Source: Vescimonas sp.
GTDB lineage: Bacteria > Bacillota > Clostridia > Oscillospirales > Oscillospiraceae
Direction of reading: 5' to 3'
NCBI GenBank assembly: GCA_045543255.1
Contig: JAZQMH010000109.1
Span: 1 to 46,081, forward strand
DNA: 46,081 nucleotides
Positions 1-8,537 of this stretch are shown here, piece after piece; position 1 is the stretch's first letter, and every line of letters starts with the position of its first letter. The notes beneath the pieces were generated by a model. It saw nothing but the letters and a program-made list of their open reading frames with translations. It did not search any database and was not told where the DNA came from. Position numbers and translations under genes: made by a program.

Positions 1-2
1 CT

Positions 3-401
3 GAGGATCCCCGCTTCTATCCCCAGACCAACCTGCAGGCCAATCTGGACGAGTTCTATGCCTTCATGGTGGAGCTGATGGCTACCCGTACTCTCGAGGA
101 GTGGTGTGCCCTGATGGATGCCAACGATCTGCCCTACGCCATCGCTCAGACTTGGGATCAGCTGCTGGTCGACAAGCAGGCATGGGCTTCCGGCTGCTTC
201 TACGAGATGGAGTATGAAACCGGCAACAAGCGCACCATGGTGCGTACCCCCGTGGTGTTTGAGGAGACCCCCGAGGCTCCCTACAACCGTGGTCCTTACC
301 TGGGTGAGCAGACTGAGGAGATCTTGAAGAACCTCGGCTACACCGACGAGCAGGTGGCTGCTATGATCGCCGCCGGCGACGCTGCCCAGTTTTCTGCGTA
401 A
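3..401 (+). CDS. CoA transferase family III (CaiB/BaiF; HadA/FldA-like), C-terminal part, 5' truncated by window edge
   Basis: Frame open from position 3 (EDPRFYP...). C-terminus RTPVVF...GPYLGEQTEEILKNLGY matches the family III CoA transferase ending; context of 2-hydroxyacid dehydrogenase and Acd/Etf. Confidence 0.85.
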   Translation, partial: EDPRFYPQTNLQANLDEFYAFMVELMATRTLEEWCALMDANDLPYAIAQTWDQLLVDKQAWASGCFYEMEYETGNKRTMVRTPVVFEETPEAPYNRGPYLGEQTEEILKNLGYTDEQVAAMIAAGDAAQFSA

Positions 402-442
402 GTTTTCCAAAACGAAGAGTTTTTAAGAGGAGAATATAAACT

Positions 443-1444
443 ATGAAGATCGCTGCTTACGAAGTTCGTCCCGACGAAAAGCCCGTAATCGAGGCCCTGT
501 GCGCCGAATACGGCATCGACCTGGTTTCCACTCCCGCAAATCTCGACCCCACCACCGCCTCCATGGCTGAGGGCTGCGACGGTGTCACCACCCTCGGTCA
601 GTCCAACTACTGCAACGCTGTCCTTGACGAGCTCAAGGGCTACGGCGTGAAGGTGCTGGCCTCCCGCTGCGTGGGCTACAACCACATGAACTGTGACTAT
701 GCCCGGGAGCTGGAGTTCCGCCTGTGCAACGGCGCTTACGCTCCCAACGGCGTGGCGGAGTACACCGTCATGTCCATCCTCATGTGCATCCGTAAGTTCA
801 AGAAGGCACTGTACAACACCAACGACAACGACTTTACCCTGAAGGGTAAGATGGGCCGCGAGCTGCGTACCATGACCGTGGGCGTCATGGGCACCGGCAA
901 GATCGGTCTGACCGTCATTAAGTGCCTCTCCGGCTTCGGCTGCAAGATTCTGGCTTACGATGTGTTCCAGAACGACGAGGTGAAGAAGTACGCTGAGTAT
1001 GTGGATATCGACACCATCTACAAAGAGTGCGATGTCATCACCATCCACACTCCTCTGCTGCCTTCCACCGAGAAGATGATCAACCGCGAGGCTATTGCCA
1101 AGATGAAGAAGGGCGTCTGCCTCATCAACAACGCCCGCGGCGAGCTGGTGGACATCGACGCCATCATCGAGGGCGTGGAGACCGAGAAGATTGGTGCTCT
1201 CTTCATGGATGCCTTTCCCGGCGAGACCGGCATCATCCATGTGCCTCACAACGATGACATCATCAAGACCGAGGGTATGCCCTACTTCAAGCTGAAGTAT
1301 CTGCGCTCCTTCGTCAACGTCTATCACACCCCCCACATGGCGTTCTTTACCGAGGAAGCTGCCGAGTCTATGGCCCGCTGCGGCGTGGACAGCATCTACG
1401 AGATCCTCACCACCGGTAAGTCCAGCCACGAGATCCCCTGCTAA
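443..1444 (+). CDS. D-isomer-specific 2-hydroxyacid dehydrogenase (LdhA/FldH-like)
   Basis: GVMGTGKIG NAD-binding motif, HTPL, NNARG, TPHMAF motifs; RBS GAGGAG upstream. Confidence 0.92.
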   Translation: MKIAAYEVRPDEKPVIEALCAEYGIDLVSTPANLDPTTASMAEGCDGVTTLGQSNYCNAVLDELKGYGVKVLASRCVGYNHMNCDYARELEFRLCNGAYAPNGVAEYTVMSILMCIRKFKKALYNTNDNDFTLKGKMGRELRTMTVGVMGTGKIGLTVIKCLSGFGCKILAYDVFQNDEVKKYAEYVDIDTIYKECDVITIHTPLLPSTEKMINREAIAKMKKGVCLINNARGELVDIDAIIEGVETEKIGALFMDAFPGETGIIHVPHNDDIIKTEGMPYFKLKYLRSFVNVYHTPHMAFFTEEAAESMARCGVDSIYEILTTGKSSHEIPC

Positions 1445-1481
1445 ACAATTTAAACACATTTATAATAGGAGGAACCCCTGA

Positions 1482-2630
1482 ATGATTCTTGATAAGAAGC
1501 ATGCAATGCAGCAGAAGCTGTTCCGTCAGTTTGCTGAGACGGAGTTCACCAAGGAGCTCCAGGACGAGCTGGACAACACCGGTGAATTTAACTGGGAGAT
1601 GCACAAGAAGATGTCCAAGTACGGCTTCATGGGCGTGAAGATCCCCAAGGAGTACGGCGGCGCCGGCTGTGACTATCTCACTTATGCTCTGCTGATCGAG
1701 GAGTTTGCACGTCAGTGCTCCGTCCTCTCCATCTACGCCAACACCTCTAACTCCCTCGGCGGCGGCCCCCTGATGCTGGCCGGTAACGAGGAGCAGAAGA
1801 AGAAGTACCTGCCTCTGCTGGCCTCCGGCGAGAAGATCATCGCCTTCGGTCTGACCGAGCCCGGTGCCGGTTCTGATGCCGGTGGTACCTGCACCACCGC
1901 CGTGTTCGATCCCGAGACCGAGGAGTACGTCCTCAATGGTCGTAAGTGCTTCATCTCCGCCGCTCCCATGGCTGACTGGACCATCGTCTTTGCCAAGACC
2001 GATCTGAAGGCCAAGGGCAGCAAGGGTATCTCCATGTTCATCGTGGACATGAAGCTCCCCGGCGTGTCTCTGGGTAAGCACGAGGAGAAGATGGGTATCC
2101 ATGGTTATCCCACCTCCGACGTGGTTCTCGAGGATGTCCGCGTTGGTAAGGACTGCCTGGTTGGTCCTCTCCACAAGGGCTTCCAGTATGCCATGAAGAC
2201 TCTGGACGGTGGTCGTCTGGGCATGGCTGCTCAGGCTGTTGGCGTTGCTCAGTCCGCTCTGGACGAGGCCGTCAAGTATGCCAAGGAGCGTAAGCAGTTC
2301 GGTCGCCGCATCGCCGATTTCCAGGGCGTCAGCTTCATGATCGCCGAGATGGCTGCCGATGTTGAGGCCGCCCGTCAGCTGGTGTATCACGCCGCTGAGC
2401 TGAAGGATAAGAACATGGACGCTACCGCTGCCTGCTCTATCGCCAAGTACTTCGCTGCTGAGGCTGCCAACCGCTGCGCTTACAAGGCAGTACAGATCCA
2501 CGGTGGTTACGGCTACATCCGTGAGTACAAGGTGGAGCGTATCTATCGCGATGCTCGTATCTGCAGCATCTACGAGGGTACTTCTCAGGTCCAGCAGATG
2601 GTCATCGCAGCCAGCCTGCTGAACAAGTAA
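1482..2630 (+). CDS. Acyl-CoA dehydrogenase (Bcd/AcdB-like)
   Basis: FGLTEPGAGSD, LNGRKCFIS, AVQIHGGYGY, IYEGTSQVQ motifs; RBS AGGAGG. Confidence 0.95.
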   Translation: MILDKKHAMQQKLFRQFAETEFTKELQDELDNTGEFNWEMHKKMSKYGFMGVKIPKEYGGAGCDYLTYALLIEEFARQCSVLSIYANTSNSLGGGPLMLAGNEEQKKKYLPLLASGEKIIAFGLTEPGAGSDAGGTCTTAVFDPETEEYVLNGRKCFISAAPMADWTIVFAKTDLKAKGSKGISMFIVDMKLPGVSLGKHEEKMGIHGYPTSDVVLEDVRVGKDCLVGPLHKGFQYAMKTLDGGRLGMAAQAVGVAQSALDEAVKYAKERKQFGRRIADFQGVSFMIAEMAADVEAARQLVYHAAELKDKNMDATAACSIAKYFAAEAANRCAYKAVQIHGGYGYIREYKVERIYRDARICSIYEGTSQVQQMVIAASLLNK

Positions 2631-2648
2631 GAAGGAGGGTAAAGGAAT

Positions 2649-3449
2649 ATGAAGATTTTTGTTACGGTTAAGCAGGTCCCCGATACCTCCGGTAAGGTGG
2701 CCGTGAATCCCGATGGTACTCTGGACCGCGCTTCCATGCAGACCATCATCAACCCCGACGATCTGAACGCCGCCGAGGCCGCTCTGGTGCTGAAGGATCA
2801 GCTGGGCTGCAAGGTCATCGCTGTCACCATGGGTCCCCCTCCCGCAGAGGGCATGCTCCGCGAGCTGATGGCTATGGGCGTTGACGAGGGCGTGCTGGTG
2901 ACCGCTCGTGAGTTCGGCGGCTCCGATACCTACGCTACCTCCCAGATCCTGGCCGCTGCCATCGACACCTACGGTGTTGAGGCCGATGACATCATCCTGG
3001 CCGGTCGTCAGGCTATCGACGGCGATACCGCTCAGGTCGGTCCTCAGATCGCTGAGAAGCTGCACCTGCCCCAGATCTCCTATGCCGGCGAGATCACCAA
3101 GGATGGCAACACCCTGACCGTCAAGCGCATCCTGGAGGATGGCTACATGACCGTCAAGGTGAAGACCCCCTGCATGATCACCTGCATCAAGGAGCTGAAT
3201 GATCCCCGTTACATGTCCGTGCTGGGCATCGAGGAGTGCTTCGATAAGCCTCTGGTCACCATGACCTATGAGACCCTGAAGGATCATCCCCTGATCGACA
3301 AGACCACCATCGGTCTGGCAGGTTCTCCCACCAACATTCTGACCTCCTTTACTCCTCCCCAGAAGGGCGCCGGCATGATGCTGGAGGGCGCTGGCAAGGA
3401 GACCACCGACAAGCTGGCTGAGCTGCTGGCTGCCAAGCATATCATCTAA
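2649..3449 (+). CDS. etfB: Electron transfer flavoprotein beta subunit
   Basis: VKQVPDT, INPDD, GSDTYAT, GRQAIDGDTAQVG motifs. Confidence 0.95.
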   Translation: MKIFVTVKQVPDTSGKVAVNPDGTLDRASMQTIINPDDLNAAEAALVLKDQLGCKVIAVTMGPPPAEGMLRELMAMGVDEGVLVTAREFGGSDTYATSQILAAAIDTYGVEADDIILAGRQAIDGDTAQVGPQIAEKLHLPQISYAGEITKDGNTLTVKRILEDGYMTVKVKTPCMITCIKELNDPRYMSVLGIEECFDKPLVTMTYETLKDHPLIDKTTIGLAGSPTNILTSFTPPQKGAGMMLEGAGKETTDKLAELLAAKHII

Positions 3450-3457
3450 AAGAAACA

Positions 3458-3625
3458 TTCACAAAAATGCAAGCATTTTTGTGAAGCTTTGCCGCCGACG
3501 TGCGCGCGCCCTGCGGGCACACTTGTCGGCTAAGAAGTATAATTTGCCACGCGCATGTCCCCCAAGGGGACTTCCGTTGGGCGTCGCGGCAAATTATAAT
3601 TAAAAAAGCCGCTGCGCGGCAAGGC
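3458..3625. repeat. Cluster of nested inverted repeats in etfB-etfA spacer
   Basis: TTCACAAAAATGC/GCATTTTTGTGAA (3458-3485); GCCGAC/GTCGGC (3494-3530); TATAATTTGCC/GGCAAATTATA (3538-3598) enclosing GTCCCC/GGGGAC; outer GCTTTGCCGC/GCGGCAAGGC. Confidence 0.7.
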
Positions 3626-3669
3626 CTAGATGATGCTTGTAGATTCTTAAAGAAGGGAAAGAAAAAACT

Positions 3670-4791
3670 ATGGCTTTTAATAGTGCTGATATCGGCGCCT
3701 TCAAGAACGTATGGGTGTTCTGCGAGCAGCGCCAGGGCGTGATGATGCCCACTACTTTCGAACTGATTTCCGAGGGCCGCAAGCTGGCAAACGAGCTGGG
3801 TGTGGAGCTGTGCGGTATTCTGCTGGGCGACAACGTTGAGGGTATCGCCGCAGAGCTGGGCGAGTACGGCGCCGACAAGGTGTACGTGTACGAGTCCCCC
3901 CTGCTGAAGGACTACACCACCGATGGTTACACCAAGGTGATCGTGGAGGCCGTCGAGGAGCTGAAGCCCGAGGTGCTGCTGTTTGGTGCCTCCAACATCG
4001 GCCGTGACCTGGCCCCCCGCTGCGCAGCTCGTCTGCACACCGGCCTGTGCGCTGACTGCACCCACCTGGACATCGACATGCCCAACTACAAGGGCTTCCT
4101 GAAGGAAGCTTCCACTCTGCCCGAGGAGCGCATTGAGAAGCTGGGCACCGTGAAGATCGCCGGTCAGGATCATGACGTGTCCCGCGACCTGAAGATGACC
4201 CGTCCCGCATTCGGCGGTCACCTGATGGCATCCATCATCTGCCCCCGTTTCCGTCCCGCAATGGCAACCGTGCGTCCCGGCGTTATGAAGCGTCGTGAGT
4301 GCAAGAAGGATGTTGAGATCATCAAGCCCGCATTCGCACTGGCAGCATCCGACATCCAGACTGAGGTTACCGAGACCGTGAAGGCCGCCAAGAAGCTGGT
4401 TGACCTGACCGGCGCCGACTTCATCGTGTCCGTGGGCCGTGGTATCTCCAAGGACGTCGAGGGCGGCATCAAGCTGGCCGAGGAGCTGGCAGAGGCTCTG
4501 GGCGGTGTCGTTGGCTCCTCCCGTGCCTGCGTTGACGCCGGTTGGATCAGCGCTGACCATCAGGTCGGCCAGACCGGTAAGACGGTGCATCCCAAGGTCT
4601 ATGTTGCTCTGGGTATCTCCGGTGCCATCCAGCACAAGGCTGGTATGCAGGATTCCGAGTGCATCATCGCCGTGAACAAGAACGAGTCCGCTCCCATCTT
4701 CGAGGTGGCAGACTACGGCATCGTGGGCGATCTGTTCAAGGTCGTGCCCGAGCTGATCGAGTCCATCAAGGCTGCTAAGGCTGCTAAGTAA
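3670..4791 (+). CDS. etfA: Electron transfer flavoprotein alpha subunit
   Basis: [39 protein letters not shown] motifs. Confidence 0.95.
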   Translation: MAFNSADIGAFKNVWVFCEQRQGVMMPTTFELISEGRKLANELGVELCGILLGDNVEGIAAELGEYGADKVYVYESPLLKDYTTDGYTKVIVEAVEELKPEVLLFGASNIGRDLAPRCAARLHTGLCADCTHLDIDMPNYKGFLKEASTLPEERIEKLGTVKIAGQDHDVSRDLKMTRPAFGGHLMASIICPRFRPAMATVRPGVMKRRECKKDVEIIKPAFALAASDIQTEVTETVKAAKKLVDLTGADFIVSVGRGISKDVEGGIKLAEELAEALGGVVGSSRACVDAGWISADHQVGQTGKTVHPKVYVALGISGAIQHKAGMQDSECIIAVNKNESAPIFEVADYGIVGDLFKVVPELIESIKAAKAAK

Positions 4792-4815
4792 GCTCGATAA
4801 CAAGTAGAGATCCTT

Positions 4816-4847
4816 CTGCGGCAGAGCGCTTCTGCGCTCTGCCGCAG
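4816..4847. terminator. GC-rich hairpin after etfA (terminator or mRNA stabiliser)
   Basis: Perfect 14-bp stem CTGCGGCAGAGCGC-TTCT-GCGCTCTGCCGCAG; no clear U-tract. Confidence 0.55.
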
Positions 4848-4893
4848 CGGACTATCCAAATGGCATCTAAACAGAGAAAAGGAGGTGACCGGG

Positions 4894-5616
4894 ATGAGCG
4901 AAAAAGTGAATGGACAAACCCCTACCACCGGAAAGCGGGCAGCTGAGGAGATCTATGATATTCTCCGTGAGCGTATTCTCTCCGGCGAGCTGACGCCCGG
5001 TGACCGTTTACCCTCTGAGCGGGCTTTGATGGTGGAGCTGCAGCGCAGCCGTCCCACCATCCGTGAGGCGCTGCGGCGCTTGGAGCAGGGCGGCTATATT
5101 ACCACGGCGCAGGGTACCAGCGGTGCGGTGGTGTGTCAGCCCTCTTTGCAGGCAGCGGAAGAGCCGTTACAGGACATCATTCGTCTCGGCGGTGTGACGC
5201 TGAAGGAACTGAATGAATATCGACAGAATAATGACGGCACCATCGCCGCATGGGCGGCAAAGCGTGCCAAAGAGGAGGATGTTGCGGCGCTGGCAGATTG
5301 CGTGGAGCGGCAGGCCGCCTCGATAGCGGAGTTTGAAAAATTCATTGAGCTGGACGTGGAGTTCCACGGGCTCCTCTCCCATGCCAGCGGCAACCGTGTG
5401 GCGGAGATCGTCACCGATGTACTGGCGGGAGTAGAGCGTGAAATGCTGCATCAAAAAATGCAGCCCCTGTCCGATGATCTGCGGCAGGAGATGTGCCGCG
5501 ACATTCTGACCCAGCACAAGGAGATACTGGCAGCCATCCGCTGCGGCGACAGCCGCCCCGCCCGCGCTGCCATGACCACCCATATCCGCGCCGCAGGCCG
5601 TGACCTGCGGGTGTAA
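4894..5616 (+). CDS. GntR/FadR family transcriptional regulator (FCD domain)
   Basis: PGDRLPSER...SRPTIREAL wHTH; DVEFH...ASGN FCD motif. ATG 4894 chosen because GGAGG is at 4881-4885. Confidence 0.92.
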   Translation: MSEKVNGQTPTTGKRAAEEIYDILRERILSGELTPGDRLPSERALMVELQRSRPTIREALRRLEQGGYITTAQGTSGAVVCQPSLQAAEEPLQDIIRLGGVTLKELNEYRQNNDGTIAAWAAKRAKEEDVAALADCVERQAASIAEFEKFIELDVEFHGLLSHASGNRVAEIVTDVLAGVEREMLHQKMQPLSDDLRQEMCRDILTQHKEILAAIRCGDSRPARAAMTTHIRAAGRDLRV

Positions 5617-5638
5617 TGGGTAAAAGGAGACCCTTTTT

Positions 5639-6283
5639 ATGAAGAAGAGAATTTCAGCGCTTGTATTGGCGCTGTTGATGATGGTGTCGCTGTTTGGCTG
5701 CGCCCCCAAGGAGGAGCTGTACGCCGGGGGCAGCGTGTCGGCCCGCACCTATGAAAACGCCCTGCTGGGCTTGCAGTGCATTACGCCTGCCGATTGGACA
5801 TATCTGACGGAGGCGGAACTGCTGCAGCTGGGGGATGTGCCTGCCCTTGAAGAGGAGCAGACCATGGAAGAGTGCTTGACCGCCCACCTCAATAACGGCG
5901 GACAGGTGCAGGATATGTACGCCATGACGGAGGACGGATTGCAGACCGTCAACGTGATGGTGACGAAAATCGACCTTGCCGCCCAGGAGATGACCATTGC
6001 CGACTTTGCTGACCTCGGGGCAAAAGAAGTCCGCGAGGTCTACGAGGAAATGGGCATCACCGAGGTGAACATGAGCCGTGAGCAGGTGGATTTCTTAGGC
6101 GAAACGGTGGAGGCCATTCGCCTCAGCGGCGCCTATGAGGATGTGCCCTTGCATTCCTTGCAGCTGTGCTTGGAGCGGGGCAACTATCTCTGCGTGGTGA
6201 CTTTCAACAGCTATGTGGAGGATACCACCGAAACGCTGATGAAGTTTTTCCATCCCTTCGTGGTGGAAGAGGAAGAAAAGTGA
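5639..6283 (+). CDS. Hypothetical lipoprotein
   Basis: MKKR + hydrophobic stretch + LFGC lipobox; acidic mature region; RBS AAAGGAG. Confidence 0.75.
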   Translation: MKKRISALVLALLMMVSLFGCAPKEELYAGGSVSARTYENALLGLQCITPADWTYLTEAELLQLGDVPALEEEQTMEECLTAHLNNGGQVQDMYAMTEDGLQTVNVMVTKIDLAAQEMTIADFADLGAKEVREVYEEMGITEVNMSREQVDFLGETVEAIRLSGAYEDVPLHSLQLCLERGNYLCVVTFNSYVEDTTETLMKFFHPFVVEEEEK

Positions 6284-6287
6284 AAAT

Positions 6288-6318
6288 AAAAATCGCACCC
6301 TCACGGGTGCGATTTTTT
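6288..6318. terminator. Bidirectional intrinsic terminator between convergent genes
   Basis: AAAAATCGCACCC-TCAC-GGGTGCGATTTTTT. Confidence 0.88.
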
Positions 6319-6323
6319 GCTGC

Positions 6324-7637
6324 TTATTTCTTCTTGGTGAAGATGATGAACAGGATGCTGCTCACTGCCAGCAGGAAGGGATAGAACAGCATGGGGATGA
6401 TCTCGAAAGCGGAGATGGTGTAGCCCAGGGTGGTGCAGGCGGAGATTGCCACCAGCATCTGTGCGCCGTAGGGGATGATGCCCTGGAAGATGCAGGAGAA
6501 GGTGTCCAGCAGGGAGGCGGCGCGCTTAGGCTCGATGCCGTATTCCTCGCTGATTTCCTTGGCGATGGGACCTGCCATAACGATGGCCACGGTGTTGTTG
6601 GCGGTGGCGATGTCCATGACACCCACCAGCAGACCAACGCCCAGCTGACCGCCGCGATTGCCCTTGAAGCAGCGGCGAATGAACTGCAGGAGAGACTCAA
6701 AGCCGCCGTAGGCGCGGATGAGGCCGCACAGAGCGGAGACAAGGATGGTGACCATGACGGTCTCAAACATACCGCTGACGCCGCTGCCCATGTTGCCCAG
6801 CAGCTCGATGGCGGTGACCTGACCGGTGAGGAGGGTAATGAGCGCGCCGGAGACGATGCCAATGAGCAGCACCACGAACACATTCAGACCCACGATGCCG
6901 CCGATGAGCACCAGCACATAGGGGATCAGCAGCACCAGATTGTGGTCGCCGTTGGGCACGGCGTTAACATCAGTGCCGATGGAGATCAGCAGGATGATGA
7001 CCAGTGCAGCCAGAGCGGCGGGGAGGGCGATCTTGAAGTTGGCGCGGAACTTATCTTTCATCTCGCAGCCTTGGGTAGAGCAGGCGGCGATGGTAGTATC
7101 GGAAATGAAGGAGAGGTTGTCGCCGAACATGGCGCCGCCCACCACGGAGGCAACGCACAGGGGCAGGGAGAAGCCGGAATCGGCAGCCACGGCAACAGCG
7201 ATGGGCGCAATGAGGGTGATGGTGCCCACGGAAGTACCCATAGCCATAGAGATGAAGCAGGCCACTACGAACAGCACGGCCACAGCCAGCTTGGCGGGAG
7301 CAATGTTCAGCAGGAAGTAGGCGGCAGCCTCAGCACTGGAGCGACCGGTGACGCCTACAAAGATACCGGCGGCCATGAAAATAAGGATCATGGTCATGAT
7401 GTTGGGGTCGCCCACGCCCTTTGCCATCAGCACCAGCTTATCGTTAAAGCTGACGGCGCGGTTCTGCAGGCAGGCCACCAGTACGGCAACGAGAAATGCC
7501 ACCACGATGGGGATATTGTAAAAGCCCATGGGGATGCGGAGTGCATACTCGAAAATAAGGCCGAGGCCGAGATACAGGATCAAAAAGACCATAATGGGGA
7601 TCAAGGCTACGGCCTTAGGGGTAGGTTTGTGTTCCAT
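6324..7637 (-). CDS. Na+/H+ antiporter NhaC family transporter, probably sulfur amino acid (MetT-like) uptake
   Basis: Multi-TM protein with MGTSVGT, GGAMFGDNLSFISDTTIAA, ANNTVAI, IPYGAQ motifs; last gene of the cysK-cysE unit. Substrate is inference. Confidence 0.8.
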   Translation of the reverse strand: MEHKPTPKAVALIPIMVFLILYLGLGLIFEYALRIPMGFYNIPIVVAFLVAVLVACLQNRAVSFNDKLVLMAKGVGDPNIMTMILIFMAAGIFVGVTGRSSAEAAAYFLLNIAPAKLAVAVLFVVACFISMAMGTSVGTITLIAPIAVAVAADSGFSLPLCVASVVGGAMFGDNLSFISDTTIAACSTQGCEMKDKFRANFKIALPAALAALVIILLISIGTDVNAVPNGDHNLVLLIPYVLVLIGGIVGLNVFVVLLIGIVSGALITLLTGQVTAIELLGNMGSGVSGMFETVMVTILVSALCGLIRAYGGFESLLQFIRRCFKGNRGGQLGVGLLVGVMDIATANNTVAIVMAGPIAKEISEEYGIEPKRAASLLDTFSCIFQGIIPYGAQMLVAISACTTLGYTISAFEIIPMLFYPFLLAVSSILFIIFTKKK

Positions 7638-7672
7638 TGGAGTGTTCCTCTCTTTCGTTGAAATGTGAATAC

Positions 7673-8533
7673 TTACTTGCTGCGCACCTTAATCTCGGGG
7701 GGCTGGATCACCACGCGGGTGTCGGCCTCCACAGAGGAGGTGAGGAAGGCGTTGGAGCCCACTACGGCACGCTCGCCGATGACGGTCTCGCCGCCGAAGA
7801 TGGAAGCGCCGGAGTAGACGGTCGCGCCGTCGTTGACAGTGGGGTGGCGCTTGCCGTGGGCATTGATACGACCGCCACGGGGGCTCAGTGCGCCTAAGGT
7901 GACGCCCTGATAGATCTTCACGTGCTCACCGATGTTGGTGGTCTCGCCGATGACAATGCCGGTGCCGTGGTCGATGAAGAAGTAGCTGCCGATCTCTGCG
8001 CCGGGGTGGATGTCGATACCGGTGCGGCTGTGGGCGTACTCCGTCATCATGCGGGGGATCATGGGGACAGCCTCAAGGTAGAGAAGGTGTGCCACGCGAT
8101 AGGCGAAGATGGCGAAGAGGCCGGGATAGGCGAAGGCCACTTCCTCCCGGTTCTGTGCGGCGGGGTCGCCGTCAAAGATGGCGTCAATGTCGGTGAGGAG
8201 CTGACGCTGTACCTGGGGCAGCTGCTCCACCACGCGGCGGGCGATCTCGTTGGCGCGATGGGTCTCAGCACCGGGGAGAGCCAGAGAGAGGTGCTTGGTG
8301 AGATTGGTCTCAATGCGCTCAAGAAGAAGAGCGGCGTAGTCTTTGGCCTCCAGGGTCATCAAGGCGCTGTCGCCAAAGTAGGCGGGGAACATCAGCTGGC
8401 GCATCTCCTTGAGAAGGGCGATGATGGCCTTACGGTCGGGCAGGCGCAGGCGGCTGCCGTACATGGGGAGAGAGGCCTCGGCCATGTTCTCTGCCATGGC
8501 GCGGGCGGCTTTGCAAATATGATCAGCGTACAT
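7673..8533 (-). CDS. cysE: Serine O-acetyltransferase
   Basis: GDPAA, YPGLFA, TGIDIHPGA, FFIDHGTGIVIGET, YQGVTLGA, KRHPT motifs. Confidence 0.93.
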   Translation of the reverse strand: MYADHICKAARAMAENMAEASLPMYGSRLRLPDRKAIIALLKEMRQLMFPAYFGDSALMTLEAKDYAALLLERIETNLTKHLSLALPGAETHRANEIARRVVEQLPQVQRQLLTDIDAIFDGDPAAQNREEVAFAYPGLFAIFAYRVAHLLYLEAVPMIPRMMTEYAHSRTGIDIHPGAEIGSYFFIDHGTGIVIGETTNIGEHVKIYQGVTLGALSPRGGRINAHGKRHPTVNDGATVYSGASIFGGETVIGERAVVGSNAFLTSSVEADTRVVIQPPEIKVRSK

Positions 8534-8537
8534 TTAC

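Noticed and set aside
3458-3485. Possible Rex operator (TTCACAA / TTGTGAA half-sites) near etf genes
   Set aside because: Half-sites are in the reverse orientation and wrong spacing relative to TTGTGAA-N4-TTCACAA.
338-4803. Long antisense ORFs (338-1459, 1407-3458, 3442-4803) and similar ones elsewhere (e.g. 30606-32846, 39995-42247)
   Set aside because: They mirror well-supported genes, lack RBS and motifs, and are the expected shadow of strong codon bias in GC-rich DNA.
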